A stretch of 64,000 nucleotides of DNA from an uncultured Methanosarcinaceae archaeon (GTDB lineage Archaea; Halobacteriota; Methanosarcinia; Methanosarcinales; Methanosarcinaceae): positions 352,001 through 416,000 of the forward strand of contig CAWJYV010000008.1 in assembly GCA_963847185.1 (NCBI GenBank), given 5' to 3'. Shown piece after piece: positions 44,122 through 54,844 of this stretch. Below the pieces are notes generated by a model. The model was not told where the DNA came from. It saw only the letters and a list, made by a program, of their open reading frames with translations, and did no database searches. The position numbers were made by a program, and so were the translations under genes. The first letter of the stretch is position 1; each line of letters opens with the position of its first letter.

Positions 44122-44826
44122 ATGCCTGAAAAGAAACCAAAGAAATTAAATTTTCAGGACTTTCTACAGGAATATGACCTTCCTGACAACAGACATAATT
44201 TTGGCAGAATCTGGGCTCTCCTTAAGGAAGAGTATCCTGATGCAAAACCTTCTCTTAATTACAGTAATCCCCTGGAACTTCTTGTAGCAACCGTGCTTTC
44301 TGCCCAGTCTACAGATGTCCAGATTAACAGAGTAACCGAAAAATTATTTAAAAAATATAGAACTGCAGAAGATTACGCGAAAGCAGACCTCAGGGAACTT
44401 GAGAATGATGTTTATTCAACAGGCTTTTACAAAAATAAAGCAAAGAATATTCAGGCTGCTGCTCAATTGATTCTTGAGCGCTATAATGGAAAAGTTCCAC
44501 ATACTATGGAAGAACTGATTACTTTACCAGGAGTAGGAAGAAAGACTGCAAACATAGTGCTTTCCAGAGGATTTGGAGTAATAGAGGGTATTGCCGTAGA
44601 TACCCATGTGAAAAGAGTTTCAAGAAGAATGGGCTTAACAAAAAATGTCGATCCTGAGAGGATAGAACAGGATCTTATGGCACTTGCCCGAAAAGAAGAT
44701 CTGGATGTACTTTCCATGACACTAATATACCACGGGAGGAGGGTTTGCAGGGCGAGGCAACCCCGCTGTCCCTCATGTGTTGTGCGTCATCTCTGTCCTT
44801 CGAGTATTATATTTATGAATCCTTAA
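44122..44826 (+). CDS. nth: Endonuclease III
   Basis: LSAQSTD, LPGVGRKTAN HhH, VDTHV, C-x6-C-x2-C-x5-C. Confidence 0.95.
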   Translation: MPEKKPKKLNFQDFLQEYDLPDNRHNFGRIWALLKEEYPDAKPSLNYSNPLELLVATVLSAQSTDVQINRVTEKLFKKYRTAEDYAKADLRELENDVYSTGFYKNKAKNIQAAAQLILERYNGKVPHTMEELITLPGVGRKTANIVLSRGFGVIEGIAVDTHVKRVSRRMGLTKNVDPERIEQDLMALARKEDLDVLSMTLIYHGRRVCRARQPRCPSCVVRHLCPSSIIFMNP

Positions 44827-44871
44827 TCTCTGTTTTTTCTGGAGGAAAATAGAAACTTTAATTCGAGAATC

Positions 44872-45177
44872 TCAGGCTTTTTTCTTGAATACTTTTCCAA
44901 AGCCTAAGCTGATTACCAGTACTGCAAGTGCTCCTACTCCAATTGCTAGGACTTCTCCGCTCTTCCCCATACCTTCAATTGAATAGTCAGGCATTGGAGA
45001 ACCTACTACAGGTTCCATCTCTTCAATCTGGGACATTTTTGATTCTTCAACTACTCCTCCAGCAGCACTTTCAAGCCCATCAGGATCTGGTGAGGCGAGA
45101 AATGGAGCTAGAACTGCGAGCAAAAGCGCAATTGCAATTCCAACATAAAAGAATTTCACGTTTGAATTCTTGCTCAT
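44872..45177 (-). CDS. PDGLE-domain ECF transporter component (NikN-like)
   Basis: ASPDPDGLE motif, 2 TM. Confidence 0.9.
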   Translation of the reverse strand: MSKNSNVKFFYVGIAIALLLAVLAPFLASPDPDGLESAAGGVVEESKMSQIEEMEPVVGSPMPDYSIEGMGKSGEVLAIGVGALAVLVISLGFGKVFKKKA

Positions 45178-45839
45178 GCCCGCACCTCTTTTTTGGATTT
45201 CTCCGGTCTCGCACTGAAATCATCTTCAAGGAGGTCAGGACGGGATTTTGCAATAGCTGTGATTACAACTGTCGTGATCAGTCCTTCTCCGATAAAACCA
45301 ATTATCAGGTGATAGGTGCCCATGGCAACAAGGCCGGGAACAAGGGGAAAGGTTCCTGCAACCCACATCTGAATCGCGCAGACTATAGCTGAGGTTGAGA
45401 GCCCGAGCCAGGCGCCTCCGAAAGCTGCAATACTTGTGCCTACCATCTTTCGAAGGGATGCATAGGTATAATATCCTATAAATCCGGAAACAATCCCCAT
45501 ATTCAGGATATTTGCTCCCATGGTAGTGATTCCACCATCTCCAAAGGCAAACCCCTGCACAAGCAGCACCAGAGTCAGTACAAGAACTCCAGCCCACGGG
45601 CTTCCGAAAACGATAGCTACAAGAGTAGCTCCTACCATATGCCCGCTTGTTCCCATCCCTATAGGAATATTCATTGCCTGTATTGCAAAAATGCCAGCTG
45701 CAAGGGCTGCAAGAACAGGCACTTTCATCTCATCAAGCTCATTTTTTGCCCATCTCATTGACATTATTATAAATGGAAGAGCAATTGCCCAATAGATAAT
45801 CGCCTGTGTTATCGGTATAAATGAATCAGGTATATGCAT
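45174..45839 (-). CDS. cbiM: Ni/Co ECF transporter S component (NikM/CbiM)
   Basis: N-terminal MHIPD, GTSGH, GDGGITTMGAN. Confidence 0.92.
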   Translation of the reverse strand: MHIPDSFIPITQAIIYWAIALPFIIMSMRWAKNELDEMKVPVLAALAAGIFAIQAMNIPIGMGTSGHMVGATLVAIVFGSPWAGVLVLTLVLLVQGFAFGDGGITTMGANILNMGIVSGFIGYYTYASLRKMVGTSIAAFGGAWLGLSTSAIVCAIQMWVAGTFPLVPGLVAMGTYHLIIGFIGEGLITTVVITAIAKSRPDLLEDDFSARPEKSKKEVRA

Positions 45840-46076
45840 TTTTTGTCTTCCTCTTTCCCTTTTTACACCCTATCTTTAGTCTTCACGTTTTTACTTTGAA
45901 CATTTAATTTACTATATTTTAGAGCATTCGTGAATGGATAAAATAACCTAAACCCAAAAATTATTGAGTGGTATTAATTTGCTTAAAATTCAGTTTATTA
46001 AGCAATTAACACTGTCCCTAATGTGCATTTTTGAACATATTTCTGAAAGATTCTCTGTATAATCTTAGATATTTCA

Positions 46077-46104
46077 GTATTACATATATACATTTTGGTA
46101 TTAC
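46077..46104. promoter_or_regulatory. Putative NikR-type operator overlapping TATA box of cbiM/nikM
   Basis: GTATTA-N16-TATTAC enclosing TATATA. Confidence 0.55.
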
Positions 46105-46391
46105 TTTTTTCGAGTATTTTTTTTATTTGTATTTAATTCGCTATCCAGAATTCTATTTTTCAATCAAAAGAAATATTCTCATATTTCTCTCTAAGTCGAA
46201 TATCTCTTCACATCAGATTAATTGGTATTAACTCACAGAAATAATCATTTGATTTTCAAAGCCTGCTCCGCGTTCCCAAAATTTTTCTTTTTATTTTCAA
46301 ATAGGGAGATTTTTCACAAAATACGCTTAAATAATAAAATAGTTTCAAAAACTATATCTCTCAGTTCTTGAGGGTTCAGGCATCGGATATT

Positions 46392-47198
46392 TCAGATATA
46401 AAGATGGATATATAATATACAGCCCAAACTAATGAGCAAGAAAAAAACATCTGGAATCCTTATTTTTGTCCTATAATATGTTTTCTCGTGCCCACTCCCA
46501 TAGCCTCTGCAAAGCATGCTGATATATGTCCTCTCTCCCTGCTCGTATGAACGTATGAAAATTGCGCTCATGCTATTGCCTACCTGCTCAATGACCCATC
46601 GGCGGGGGACATTTTTATTCCATATATTGAAGAGCCTGGTCTGCTGCGCAATTCTTATCCTTTTGAGGACGGCCCAGAAAAGGAAAAGATAGCGTACCAT
46701 CATGCTGAGTAGAAGAGTGAATTCCCTGGGGATACCTATCCTGCCTGCTGCTGCAACCATATCTCTAAGGCGAGTAGTGGAAGAGAGGAGAATAACGGTT
46801 GTTATACATACAAGGAATTTCGCAAGCAGTGTGCTCCCGAAGGCAAGTCCTTCATATGTTATACTGAGCCCTAAAGGCAGATCCAGGGGGTAAGGAGTAA
46901 AATTTTCAATAAAGGAAGGCCTCAGGAAAGGCTGAATAAGGGCAATTCCAAGCCCGAAAGGCAAAATTGCAAGAATTCTAAGGAAAAAATATCTTAAATC
47001 CAGTCCGGCAGCGAGCACAAGAAACAGTAAATAAGCTTCTATGGAAAAAAGGCGAATCATGTTTTTTTCGTGAATTCTGGGAAGGCTCACTACATAAATG
47101 ATTATTGCAAGCGAAAAGAGCAATTTTACTCTGGGATCAAGCCGGTGTATGGGGCTGTTTTTGTATGACTCGCGTTCAATGTCTGTGAGGGTTACCAT
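46392..47198 (-). CDS. cbiQ: ECF transporter T component
   Basis: SPIHRLDPRVKL, FIRSYEQGER..MLCRGY. Confidence 0.92.
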   Translation of the reverse strand: MVTLTDIERESYKNSPIHRLDPRVKLLFSLAIIIYVVSLPRIHEKNMIRLFSIEAYLLFLVLAAGLDLRYFFLRILAILPFGLGIALIQPFLRPSFIENFTPYPLDLPLGLSITYEGLAFGSTLLAKFLVCITTVILLSSTTRLRDMVAAAGRIGIPREFTLLLSMMVRYLFLFWAVLKRIRIAQQTRLFNIWNKNVPRRWVIEQVGNSMSAIFIRSYEQGERTYISMLCRGYGSGHEKTYYRTKIRIPDVFFLLISLGCILYIHLYI

Positions 47199-47232
47199 TT
47201 AATGTTCTCCTGTCAGGAGCCTTCTTTCCGGC

Positions 47233-48216
47233 TTACTCAGTCCCTGCTTTTTGCTGTCTGGAGCTTATAAGCCTCAGGATTTCATCTCTGGCTGTTTCCG
47301 CTGTTATCTGTATGTTTACATCAAGCCCTTCCTGCTGGAGCATTTCGAATACTTCTGCCACTCTTGGAAGTCTAAGGTGAGCTTTCCTGAGAAGCTCGGG
47401 GTCATTGAAAATTTCATCTGGACTTCCATCAGCTTCAAGTCTTCCGTGGTGGAGCACAAAAACTCTTTCCGCAAAATAAGGAACAACATCAACATCATGT
47501 GTTGAAAGAAGCAGAGTGATTCCAAGTTCTCTGTTCATTTTCATAATAAGCTCCAGGATACGGACAGAACTCAGAGGATCGAGGCCTGCTGTTGGCTCGT
47601 CAAGCACGATAACTTCAGGACGCATGGCAAGGATACCTGCAATTGCCACAAGTTTCTTCTGTCCTCCACTCAGGTGGTGAGGGGCTCTTTCTTCAAAACC
47701 AGTGAGTCCTACCATTTCAAGAGCTTCTTTAACTCTTGTTTCGACTTCTTTTCTGGATAAGCCCATGTTTATAGGCCCAAAAGCGATATCTTCTTCTACG
47801 CTGGGGGCAAGTACTTGATCATCAGGATCTTGAAAGACAATTCCAACCGTTTCCCTGCAGGTCCTGATGTTTTTTTTAGTGATGGTTTCTCCCTTTACTA
47901 CAACTTCCCCTGAATGAGGCCGCAGGATTCCATTAAGATGCTTAAATAAAGTAGATTTTCCAGCCCCATTAGCTCCAAGAACCGCAACTCTTTCTCCTTT
48001 GAACACTTTCAGATTGATTTTGTCCAGAGCGTTTGAATCAAGGTGAGGATATCTATAGCAAAGGTCTTTGACTTCAACGATAGGGATGCTATTTCTTTCA
48101 GAGGCTCTGTCTGCTTCTTCAAAGCTAAGCTCTGTCTTAAGGCTATTCTTGCCCGTTATTTCTTTCTGGATATTTGTTGATTCTTTAGAGTTATGTGGGG
48201 GATTTGATATACTCAT
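47233..48216 (-). CDS. cbiO: ECF transporter ATPase (start uncertain)
   Basis: GANGAGKST, FQDPDDQ, LSGGQKK, LDEPT. Confidence 0.92.
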   Translation of the reverse strand: MSISNPPHNSKESTNIQKEITGKNSLKTELSFEEADRASERNSIPIVEVKDLCYRYPHLDSNALDKINLKVFKGERVAVLGANGAGKSTLFKHLNGILRPHSGEVVVKGETITKKNIRTCRETVGIVFQDPDDQVLAPSVEEDIAFGPINMGLSRKEVETRVKEALEMVGLTGFEERAPHHLSGGQKKLVAIAGILAMRPEVIVLDEPTAGLDPLSSVRILELIMKMNRELGITLLLSTHDVDVVPYFAERVFVLHHGRLEADGSPDEIFNDPELLRKAHLRLPRVAEVFEMLQQEGLDVNIQITAETARDEILRLISSRQQKAGTE

Positions 48217-48465
48217 ACTTGAAAACGTCCTGCATGAAGGTCCGTGTTTAAACACTGAATACTATTTTTTTCAAAAACAGTGTTACACCTAATGAAGTTA
48301 TCTGTTTTATGTGTTATGGTTTTTGTTTTATATTTTTTACATTCTATCTAAGTGATTCAAATTTTCGGTTCGTTTATTCTCTATGCTTTCACTTTTATTG
48401 TTCCAGAGTTTGAGAAATAATGTTTGAGAGATAATTATACAAATCTTCCCGACCTATTTTTTTTG

Positions 48466-49563
48466 ATGCAGCGTGTTGTCCTCCATGTAGATATGGATTA
48501 TTTTTTTGCAGCTATCGAAGAGAGGGAAAATCCGGACCTTAAGGGAAAAGCAGTCGTTGTCTGCATGCTCTCTGGAAGAAGTGAGCTCAGCGGCGCTGTA
48601 AGCAGCTGCAACTATGTAGCGCGAGAATTTGGTATAAGGTCGGGTATGCCCTGTACGAGGGCAAAAAAGCTGAATCGTGAGGCTGTCTTCTTGCCTGTCA
48701 GGAAGGGTTTTTACACTCCAATCTCGAACAGGATCATGGAAATTCTTCGGAGTTATTCGGATGTTGGGGAAAACGGGGACGCTTTTGAGCAGGTCAGCAT
48801 TGATGAAGCATTTGTGGAAATTACCGAGAAGGCAGATGGAGACTTTAATCTGGCTTTTGAACTTGGGATGCAGATCAAGGAGGAAATAAAGGAAAAAGAA
48901 AAATTGACGTGCTCTGTTGGAATAGGGCCTAACAAACTTATTTCCAAGATGGCTTCCTCTGTCAAGAAACCAGATGGGATTACAATCATAAGCCCGAGTG
49001 AGCTTGAAAACTTTCTCTGGCCACTTAAAGTGTCCAAACTCTGGGGAATAGGGGACGTAACTGCAGGAAAACTACAGGAAATGGGCATAGTTACAGTAAA
49101 AGATCTTGCCGAACATGATGTAATTGACCTTGTTTCCACATTCGGAAAAGCTCGAGGCATCTGGCTCAAGAATGCGGCAGCAGGAGTCGACGAATCCCCC
49201 ATAAAAGAAAGAGAAGGTTCCGAACAGATAGGAAGGATCGCAACATTGCCTGAGGATACCCTTGACATTGAGCTTATTTCTCCGTTACTTGAAAGGCTGG
49301 CCGAAGACGTAATCTCAAAACTGAATTCGAGAGAGCTTTCCTTCAAAAACGTAACTATCACGGCCATAAATTCAAACTTCAGGATGTATACTAAAAGCCG
49401 TAAATTAAACCATCCCGTTTATTCAAAGGAAATTCTCCTGGATGTCGCTCATGAAATTATGAACGAATTCCTCTCCGAGGCCAAGATGAATTTCCGGCGG
49501 ATAGGAGTTAGGGTAGGAGAGCTTCAGATAAGAAAAGGTCAGAAAAGCCTTTTTGATTATTGA
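48466..49563 (+). CDS. dinB: Y-family DNA polymerase IV
   Basis: HVDMDYFFA, SIDEA, C-terminal PIP box QKSLFDY. Confidence 0.95.
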   Translation: MQRVVLHVDMDYFFAAIEERENPDLKGKAVVVCMLSGRSELSGAVSSCNYVAREFGIRSGMPCTRAKKLNREAVFLPVRKGFYTPISNRIMEILRSYSDVGENGDAFEQVSIDEAFVEITEKADGDFNLAFELGMQIKEEIKEKEKLTCSVGIGPNKLISKMASSVKKPDGITIISPSELENFLWPLKVSKLWGIGDVTAGKLQEMGIVTVKDLAEHDVIDLVSTFGKARGIWLKNAAAGVDESPIKEREGSEQIGRIATLPEDTLDIELISPLLERLAEDVISKLNSRELSFKNVTITAINSNFRMYTKSRKLNHPVYSKEILLDVAHEIMNEFLSEAKMNFRRIGVRVGELQIRKGQKSLFDY

Positions 49564-49623
49564 ATCTGACCTACTTCTAATCATATTATAGATAGACTGT
49601 AATACTTTTAGAAAAGAAAATGG

Positions 49624-51527
49624 TTAAATAAATTTAACAAGCGGACATACTTCTATACATGCTCCGCAGTGAATGCAGTTTTCTTTGATCCTTACCTTCT
49701 TTTCTTTCATTTCAATAGCACTATGCTCACAGTGACCTACACAAATCCCGCATCCCTGGCAGAGCAGAGCCCTTCTAACTGAGAATTCAACCATTCTCAT
49801 GAGCTTTTTCAGCACCTTTTCGTTTTCACTTCTTCCATTCACATTTCCTGATGCAAAAATCTGAGCTCTGGACTCTCCGAAGGAAACAGATGCAGCTCCT
49901 TCTATAAAAGAGACCTTTCCTATCGAGTAAAGCATTCCGCTTTCTTCCAAAGTTTCTATATCTATTGCCTGGCCGAAACTTCCGTCTGCAGATATCCCTC
50001 CTGCTTTACAGGGCCTGTATCCAGTTGCGACTTCAAAATGAAGCTCCTTTGGAGCTTCTTGATTCGGAAGCAGGGAAATTCCTTTTTTCTCCGCAAGTTC
50101 CTGAAGTACTTTTGGATATCGTTTATATCGCCATAAGCCGTACTTTACCCACTCAGGAGAAAGCCCCATTTTTTCTGCGTAGGCAAGTAAATGATTATTG
50201 AGCTTTTTCGCAAGTTCAGGATGACTTTCCTCAAGCTGGAAAAAGTCGGCAAGGGAGGAAGAAGGGCAGAGCCAGCATCCCATCCGATCATATCCTTTCT
50301 CATAAGCCGGATTGTAAGGAGTTTTTGTCCTGAAAAGGTAGAGCCAGATATGAAGTGCGGTCCATTCCTGTATAGGGGAAGCCCCTACCTGATTTCCTAC
50401 CCAGGGGTTTTTCCATACCTTTTTGCTGATTGAGCGGGCATGGGATTCGTACTGACGCTGTCCTATGAAACTCAGACAGCCCCCTTCGTAGTTTTCATCA
50501 ATTAAACGGGTAATTGGTCCGAGTTTGCAGATCTTGCAACACCAGCGGGTATCCATGGTCGGAGGGCCAAAAACGCCTATGGATTCCCAGAAAGAATCTC
50601 CTGAACTTGAAATTTTTACTTTTTTCCCATAATATTCGGCAACATTTTTGACATTTTCAAGAGTCTCAGGGAATTCAAGCCCGGTATCGGCAAACATTAT
50701 CTCGTAATCCTCCAGAGTTTCATCAACCAGCTGGAGCACTGCAAGGCTGTCTTTTCCCCCTGAATATGATACGCTTACCTTCATGTCCATGCTGTCTGCG
50801 ACATTTTTAATGAACATATGGGAGTTTTCTATCATTCTATTCAGGATTTGCTCGTTGGCTTTTACGGCATCATCCCAGCTCTGTCCTCCACTCTGGGTTT
50901 TTGAGGCTTCGGCTCTCCACTCCAGCGGGGTTTTACTGCATTCCCTCGCTGTTCTTCACACATTTCCTTTCCTGTCATGCGGGCACGGCCGCAGCAGATT
51001 ACTTCTCCGACAGGATTCAGGACAACAACTTCGTCTTCTTTCTGGATGGCTGGGTCTGCTTCAAGAATGCCTGGGGCCAGAACACTTGCTCCTTTTTTAA
51101 TTATGAAAGGTACGACTGCCTCCTCAATAACAACCCATTTCTTCAGGTCCTTTCTGTCTCTGCCCTGGAAAATTCTTCTTGCCCCTTCGAGCCTTGGGAG
51201 CAGGACCCATTCACAACTCTCTATTTCGAATCTGAGAGATGCAAGGACTTCCCCATCAACTATAATCTCATCCATCCTGTCTTCATATGGGGCTTTATTC
51301 AGTACTACAAGGTGCCCATCGGGTATGAGGGAAGCATTAAACTGTTTTTGAGAAACAGAATTTATGCGCTTTATGTCATAGTCAAAAGCAGGGCGAATAT
51401 CCCCTGGAGGAGTAACCTCTACTTTTCTTGTATTTTTTCCGCATCCGCACTGTTTTCCAAGCACAGGCACATTACAGGCCTCGCACCAGTGCAGGTGCAT
51501 TTTGCCAAGGTATGCTGGTCTGGACAT
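49624..51527 (-). pseudogene. PUA + PAPS-reductase-like + ferredoxin protein split by a 1-bp frameshift near 50900
   Basis: N-part Zn-ribbon/PUA (50862-51527), C-part SYSGGKDS, WCCKICK, RMGCWLCP, 2x[4Fe-4S]; one extra A in the A5 run fuses them into ~634 aa. Confidence 0.8.
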
Positions 51528-51730
51528 GTCACGCAGATTGAGAGATGTTCACCTTTAAAAGGGTTTGGCTTTTCCTCAGCTTTTTCTGACTCCCCTAAAT
51601 AAGTATCTGAGTACACGTGCCCTATAACCGCTTCTCTTTAAAGCACCTCCCGATCTTCAAGACACCTCTTGAAATCAATAATAACATAATTATATAAGCT
51701 AAAATTCAAAATATCAGTTGGGGGAATTTC

Positions 51731-52018
51731 ATGGTAGTCATAAAAGAAATCGACTCCGCTGGATTTGGAAAAATCCTTACAATCCTTTACGGGACAATGG
51801 GTTTCGTTTTCGGATTTTTTACAACAATCGCTGCTCTTATGGGGATCTCGATACCAAATAGGTTCGGGATCTTTTCCTTGATTTTCGGAAAATGGGCTGT
51901 ATTGAGCCTTCCTGTATTTTATGGAGTTTCGGGTTACATCATAGGACGTATCGCAGCTAGCCTGTATAATGTAGCAGTGGGCTCAAAAAAAGGTCTCAGA
52001 GTAGAGACTTTGCGCTGA
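51731..52018 (+). CDS. Small membrane protein (2 TM), DUF3566-like
   Basis: IKEID..GK, LYN..A..KGLRVE pattern; TATA and GGGG RBS upstream. Confidence 0.75.
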   Translation: MVVIKEIDSAGFGKILTILYGTMGFVFGFFTTIAALMGISIPNRFGIFSLIFGKWAVLSLPVFYGVSGYIIGRIAASLYNVAVGSKKGLRVETLR

Positions 52019-52033
52019 TTTCAGTTTGCCGAT

Positions 52034-52852
52034 TCACAGAAACTTTGACAAAAGAGATGGTTCTGAAATACACTGTTCTGAAAAGTTACATTCTTTACAG
52101 AATTTCTCTTCTTTTTTTTCGGGCATGAGTCCAGATTTTATTTTTTCCACGCGTCTGCAGATCTGGAGGACTTCTCGTCTATCTGAACTTCGAATAATTA
52201 CTCTCCTGAGCAGGCCGAAACTTACATACTCCACAAAGGCAAATGGGACTTCTTTTCCACTTTCGGCTTCAAGAAGAAGAACAAGGGCCGCGGCATGCAA
52301 CCTATCCGAAGCCCAGACCCCCTGTTCAGGACACTTTCCGGGTTTCAAAATTGAGGGAACTTGTACACCTTCGAAACAAACAAGTTTGGATGGAACACCT
52401 TTCAGGTTAAGTCTTTTTGAAGAAAGAAAAGGCTCGGTTTTGATAGGGGTGAGTGCGGCAAGTATAGGTTCTTTCCCATATTCTTCAACTGCTTTGAGAA
52501 GGTTAGATGTTATTTCGGGAATTTTAGCTCTTGCCCGCGCCTCAGCTTCATCATATATTTCCTTTCCAATACTGGCAAATACTGCAGGAAACAGAATCGG
52601 AAGGTCTATACACCTCTGGACAAGGGAAGCTTCAAGCTCTTTAAAGAGGTTATCGGCATTTAACGAACACACTTTCACGATTTCAGGGTATGTCAGGGAG
52701 AGTTCTTTCAGGACTATGCTTTCGAGTCTTTGTTCATTTATTTCTGGAAACAGTTCAAATCCTCTGCTAACAAAATATACCTTTCTCGGGCACTTGATAT
52801 AGAGAAGGAGATCTGAAACATTTACTTCGGGATTCTGTGACTCAGCAGACAT
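52034..52852 (-). CDS. Solo Cas4/Dna2-like protein, probably nuclease-inactive
   Basis: VSDL..YIKCPRK plus C-terminal CKECNFSEQC Fe-S staple; no CRISPR or other cas genes in window. Confidence 0.8.
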   Translation of the reverse strand: MSAESQNPEVNVSDLLLYIKCPRKVYFVSRGFELFPEINEQRLESIVLKELSLTYPEIVKVCSLNADNLFKELEASLVQRCIDLPILFPAVFASIGKEIYDEAEARARAKIPEITSNLLKAVEEYGKEPILAALTPIKTEPFLSSKRLNLKGVPSKLVCFEGVQVPSILKPGKCPEQGVWASDRLHAAALVLLLEAESGKEVPFAFVEYVSFGLLRRVIIRSSDRREVLQICRRVEKIKSGLMPEKKEEKFCKECNFSEQCISEPSLLSKFL

Positions 52853-52991
52853 TTGATACTAATTTCTTTTGCAAAGTTTATAAATTTTTTCCAGATGATT
52901 TCGATGTAACTCGATATTACTATTCTGCGACAATTGCCGAACTCGCATTCGTTAAATATATATGTGAATATTTCATCTTAGAGTACAGGTC

Positions 52992-53732
52992 ATGACATCC
53001 GATGAATCATCAGAAAATCTGCGCAACCGCCTGGCGGAAAAAATGGCTGGAGATATCACCCTTTCGGAAAAACCGGGAGAGTCACTTAAAAAGTGGAGGT
53101 TAAACTTCGAGATATCCCAGACAGATATTGCAAATTACCTGAAAGTTTCCCCTTCCGTTATCAGTGATTATGAAAGTGGGAGACGAAAGTCTCCAGGAAC
53201 TTTGATTATCAAGAAGATTGTGGAATCTCTTCTTGAAATTGATATAGAGCGGGGAAGCAAGAAAATTCACGCTTACGAGTCAATACTTAACGCCGAAAGT
53301 AGTACAAAGTCCATCTACTCAACATACGAGTATACACTCCCCATACAGATTGCAAAATTGGTCAATCTTATCGATGGAGAAATTGTTTACAAAGGAGTTG
53401 AAAAGCCTCTTTATGGCTTCTCTATAGTGGATAGCCAGAGAGCGATTCTGGAACTTTCCTCCCACGAGTTTCAGAAACTCTACGGCTGGAGCACAGACAG
53501 GGCCATGATCTTTACGAAGGTAAGTACCGGAAAATCCCCCCTGGTAGCCATCAGGGTTACCAATCTTAAACCCGGGGCCGTGGTGTTGCACGGGCTTCGA
53601 AAAGAAGAGGTCGAACCTGTTGCAGTCAAGATGGCGGAAGTTGACCGTATACCCCTGGTCGCGACTACAATGGACCTCGACCAGATTGTCCAGCTACTGA
53701 GAAAATACAGTCAATACTATGCAAGGGAATAA
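52992..53732 (+). CDS. XRE-HTH transcriptional regulator with C-terminal DRTGG-like domain
   Basis: [29 protein letters not shown]; [12 protein letters not shown]. Confidence 0.88.
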   Translation: MTSDESSENLRNRLAEKMAGDITLSEKPGESLKKWRLNFEISQTDIANYLKVSPSVISDYESGRRKSPGTLIIKKIVESLLEIDIERGSKKIHAYESILNAESSTKSIYSTYEYTLPIQIAKLVNLIDGEIVYKGVEKPLYGFSIVDSQRAILELSSHEFQKLYGWSTDRAMIFTKVSTGKSPLVAIRVTNLKPGAVVLHGLRKEEVEPVAVKMAEVDRIPLVATTMDLDQIVQLLRKYSQYYARE

Positions 53733-53778
53733 TCTTCTGGAAACTGATGCCCTGAAACTATTAAAAACAGGTGAAAAT

Positions 53779-54828
53779 ATGACTATTGGAATAGTATCTT
53801 ACGGTGCTTATGTTCCGAAGTACCGTATAAAAATTGAGGAAATCGCCAAGCTCTGGGGTGACGACGCAGAAGCTCTTAAGAATGGCCTTATGGTGTATGA
53901 GAAATCCGTTCCTGACGTCGATGAAGACGCAGCAACCATAGCTGTGGAGGCAGCAAGATCTGCAATGGTAAGAAGCGGGGTAGACCCCCGAAGAATCGGG
54001 GCAGTATATACTGGTTCGGAGAGTCATCCTTATGCTGTAAAGCCAACAAGTACGATTGTCGCTCAGGCAATTGGAGCAACCCCCGAAATGACTGCAGCGG
54101 ACTTTGAGTTTGCCTGCAAGGCCGGAACAGCTGCAGTTCAGGCCTGCATGGGATTGGTGGGTTCAGGGATGGTCGATCTAGGTCTGGCCATAGGAGCAGA
54201 TGTTTCCCAGGGAGCTCCAAGTGACGCTCTTGAGTATACTGCGGCTGCAGGCGGAGTTGCTTGCCTTATCGGAAGAAAAGAATCCGAGCTTGCCGCAATC
54301 ATTGAGGACACTTATTCTTTTACGACTGATACCCCTGATTTCTGGAGAAGGGAGGGAATGCCCTATCCTGAGCATGGAGGCCGCTTTACTGGAGAGCCAG
54401 GCTACTTCAAACACGTAACCCATGGTGCAAAAGGTCTTCTGAAGAAACTCGGGACAAAGCCTGAAGATTATGATTATGCGGTTTTCCACCAGCCAAACGG
54501 AAAATTCCCAAGCAAAGTTGCAAAAATGCTAGGTTTCACCAAAGCGCAGATTACTCCCGGGCTTGTGGTTCCTAAGATAGGGAATACCTATTCAGGGTCC
54601 TGCCTTATGGGGATTGCTGCAACCCTGGATCAGGCAAAGCCAGGAGACAGGATCTTCGCAACTGCCTTCGGGTCAGGAGCAGGGGCTGATGCTTTCAGCA
54701 TAACAGTTACAGACAGGATCGAGGAAATCCGAAACAAGGCTCCGACGGTTTCCGAATTAATCAAAGATCCTGTATTTATCGACTACGCAAAGTATGCCAG
54801 GCATAAAGGCAAAATCCGTCTGGCCTGA
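53779..54828 (+). CDS. Hydroxymethylglutaryl-CoA synthase
   Basis: [33 protein letters not shown]. Confidence 0.96.
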   Translation: MTIGIVSYGAYVPKYRIKIEEIAKLWGDDAEALKNGLMVYEKSVPDVDEDAATIAVEAARSAMVRSGVDPRRIGAVYTGSESHPYAVKPTSTIVAQAIGATPEMTAADFEFACKAGTAAVQACMGLVGSGMVDLGLAIGADVSQGAPSDALEYTAAAGGVACLIGRKESELAAIIEDTYSFTTDTPDFWRREGMPYPEHGGRFTGEPGYFKHVTHGAKGLLKKLGTKPEDYDYAVFHQPNGKFPSKVAKMLGFTKAQITPGLVVPKIGNTYSGSCLMGIAATLDQAKPGDRIFATAFGSGAGADAFSITVTDRIEEIRNKAPTVSELIKDPVFIDYAKYARHKGKIRLA

Positions 54829-54844
54829 AAACGGGGTGAATATA

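Noticed and set aside
45840-46391. Cobalamin riboswitch upstream of cbiM
   Set aside because: Region is AT-rich with no B12-box or GGGAA/GCCACTG-type motifs
52034-52852. Cas4-like gene as evidence for a CRISPR-Cas locus
   Set aside because: No repeat-spacer array or cas1/cas2 in the window; catalytic residues appear lost
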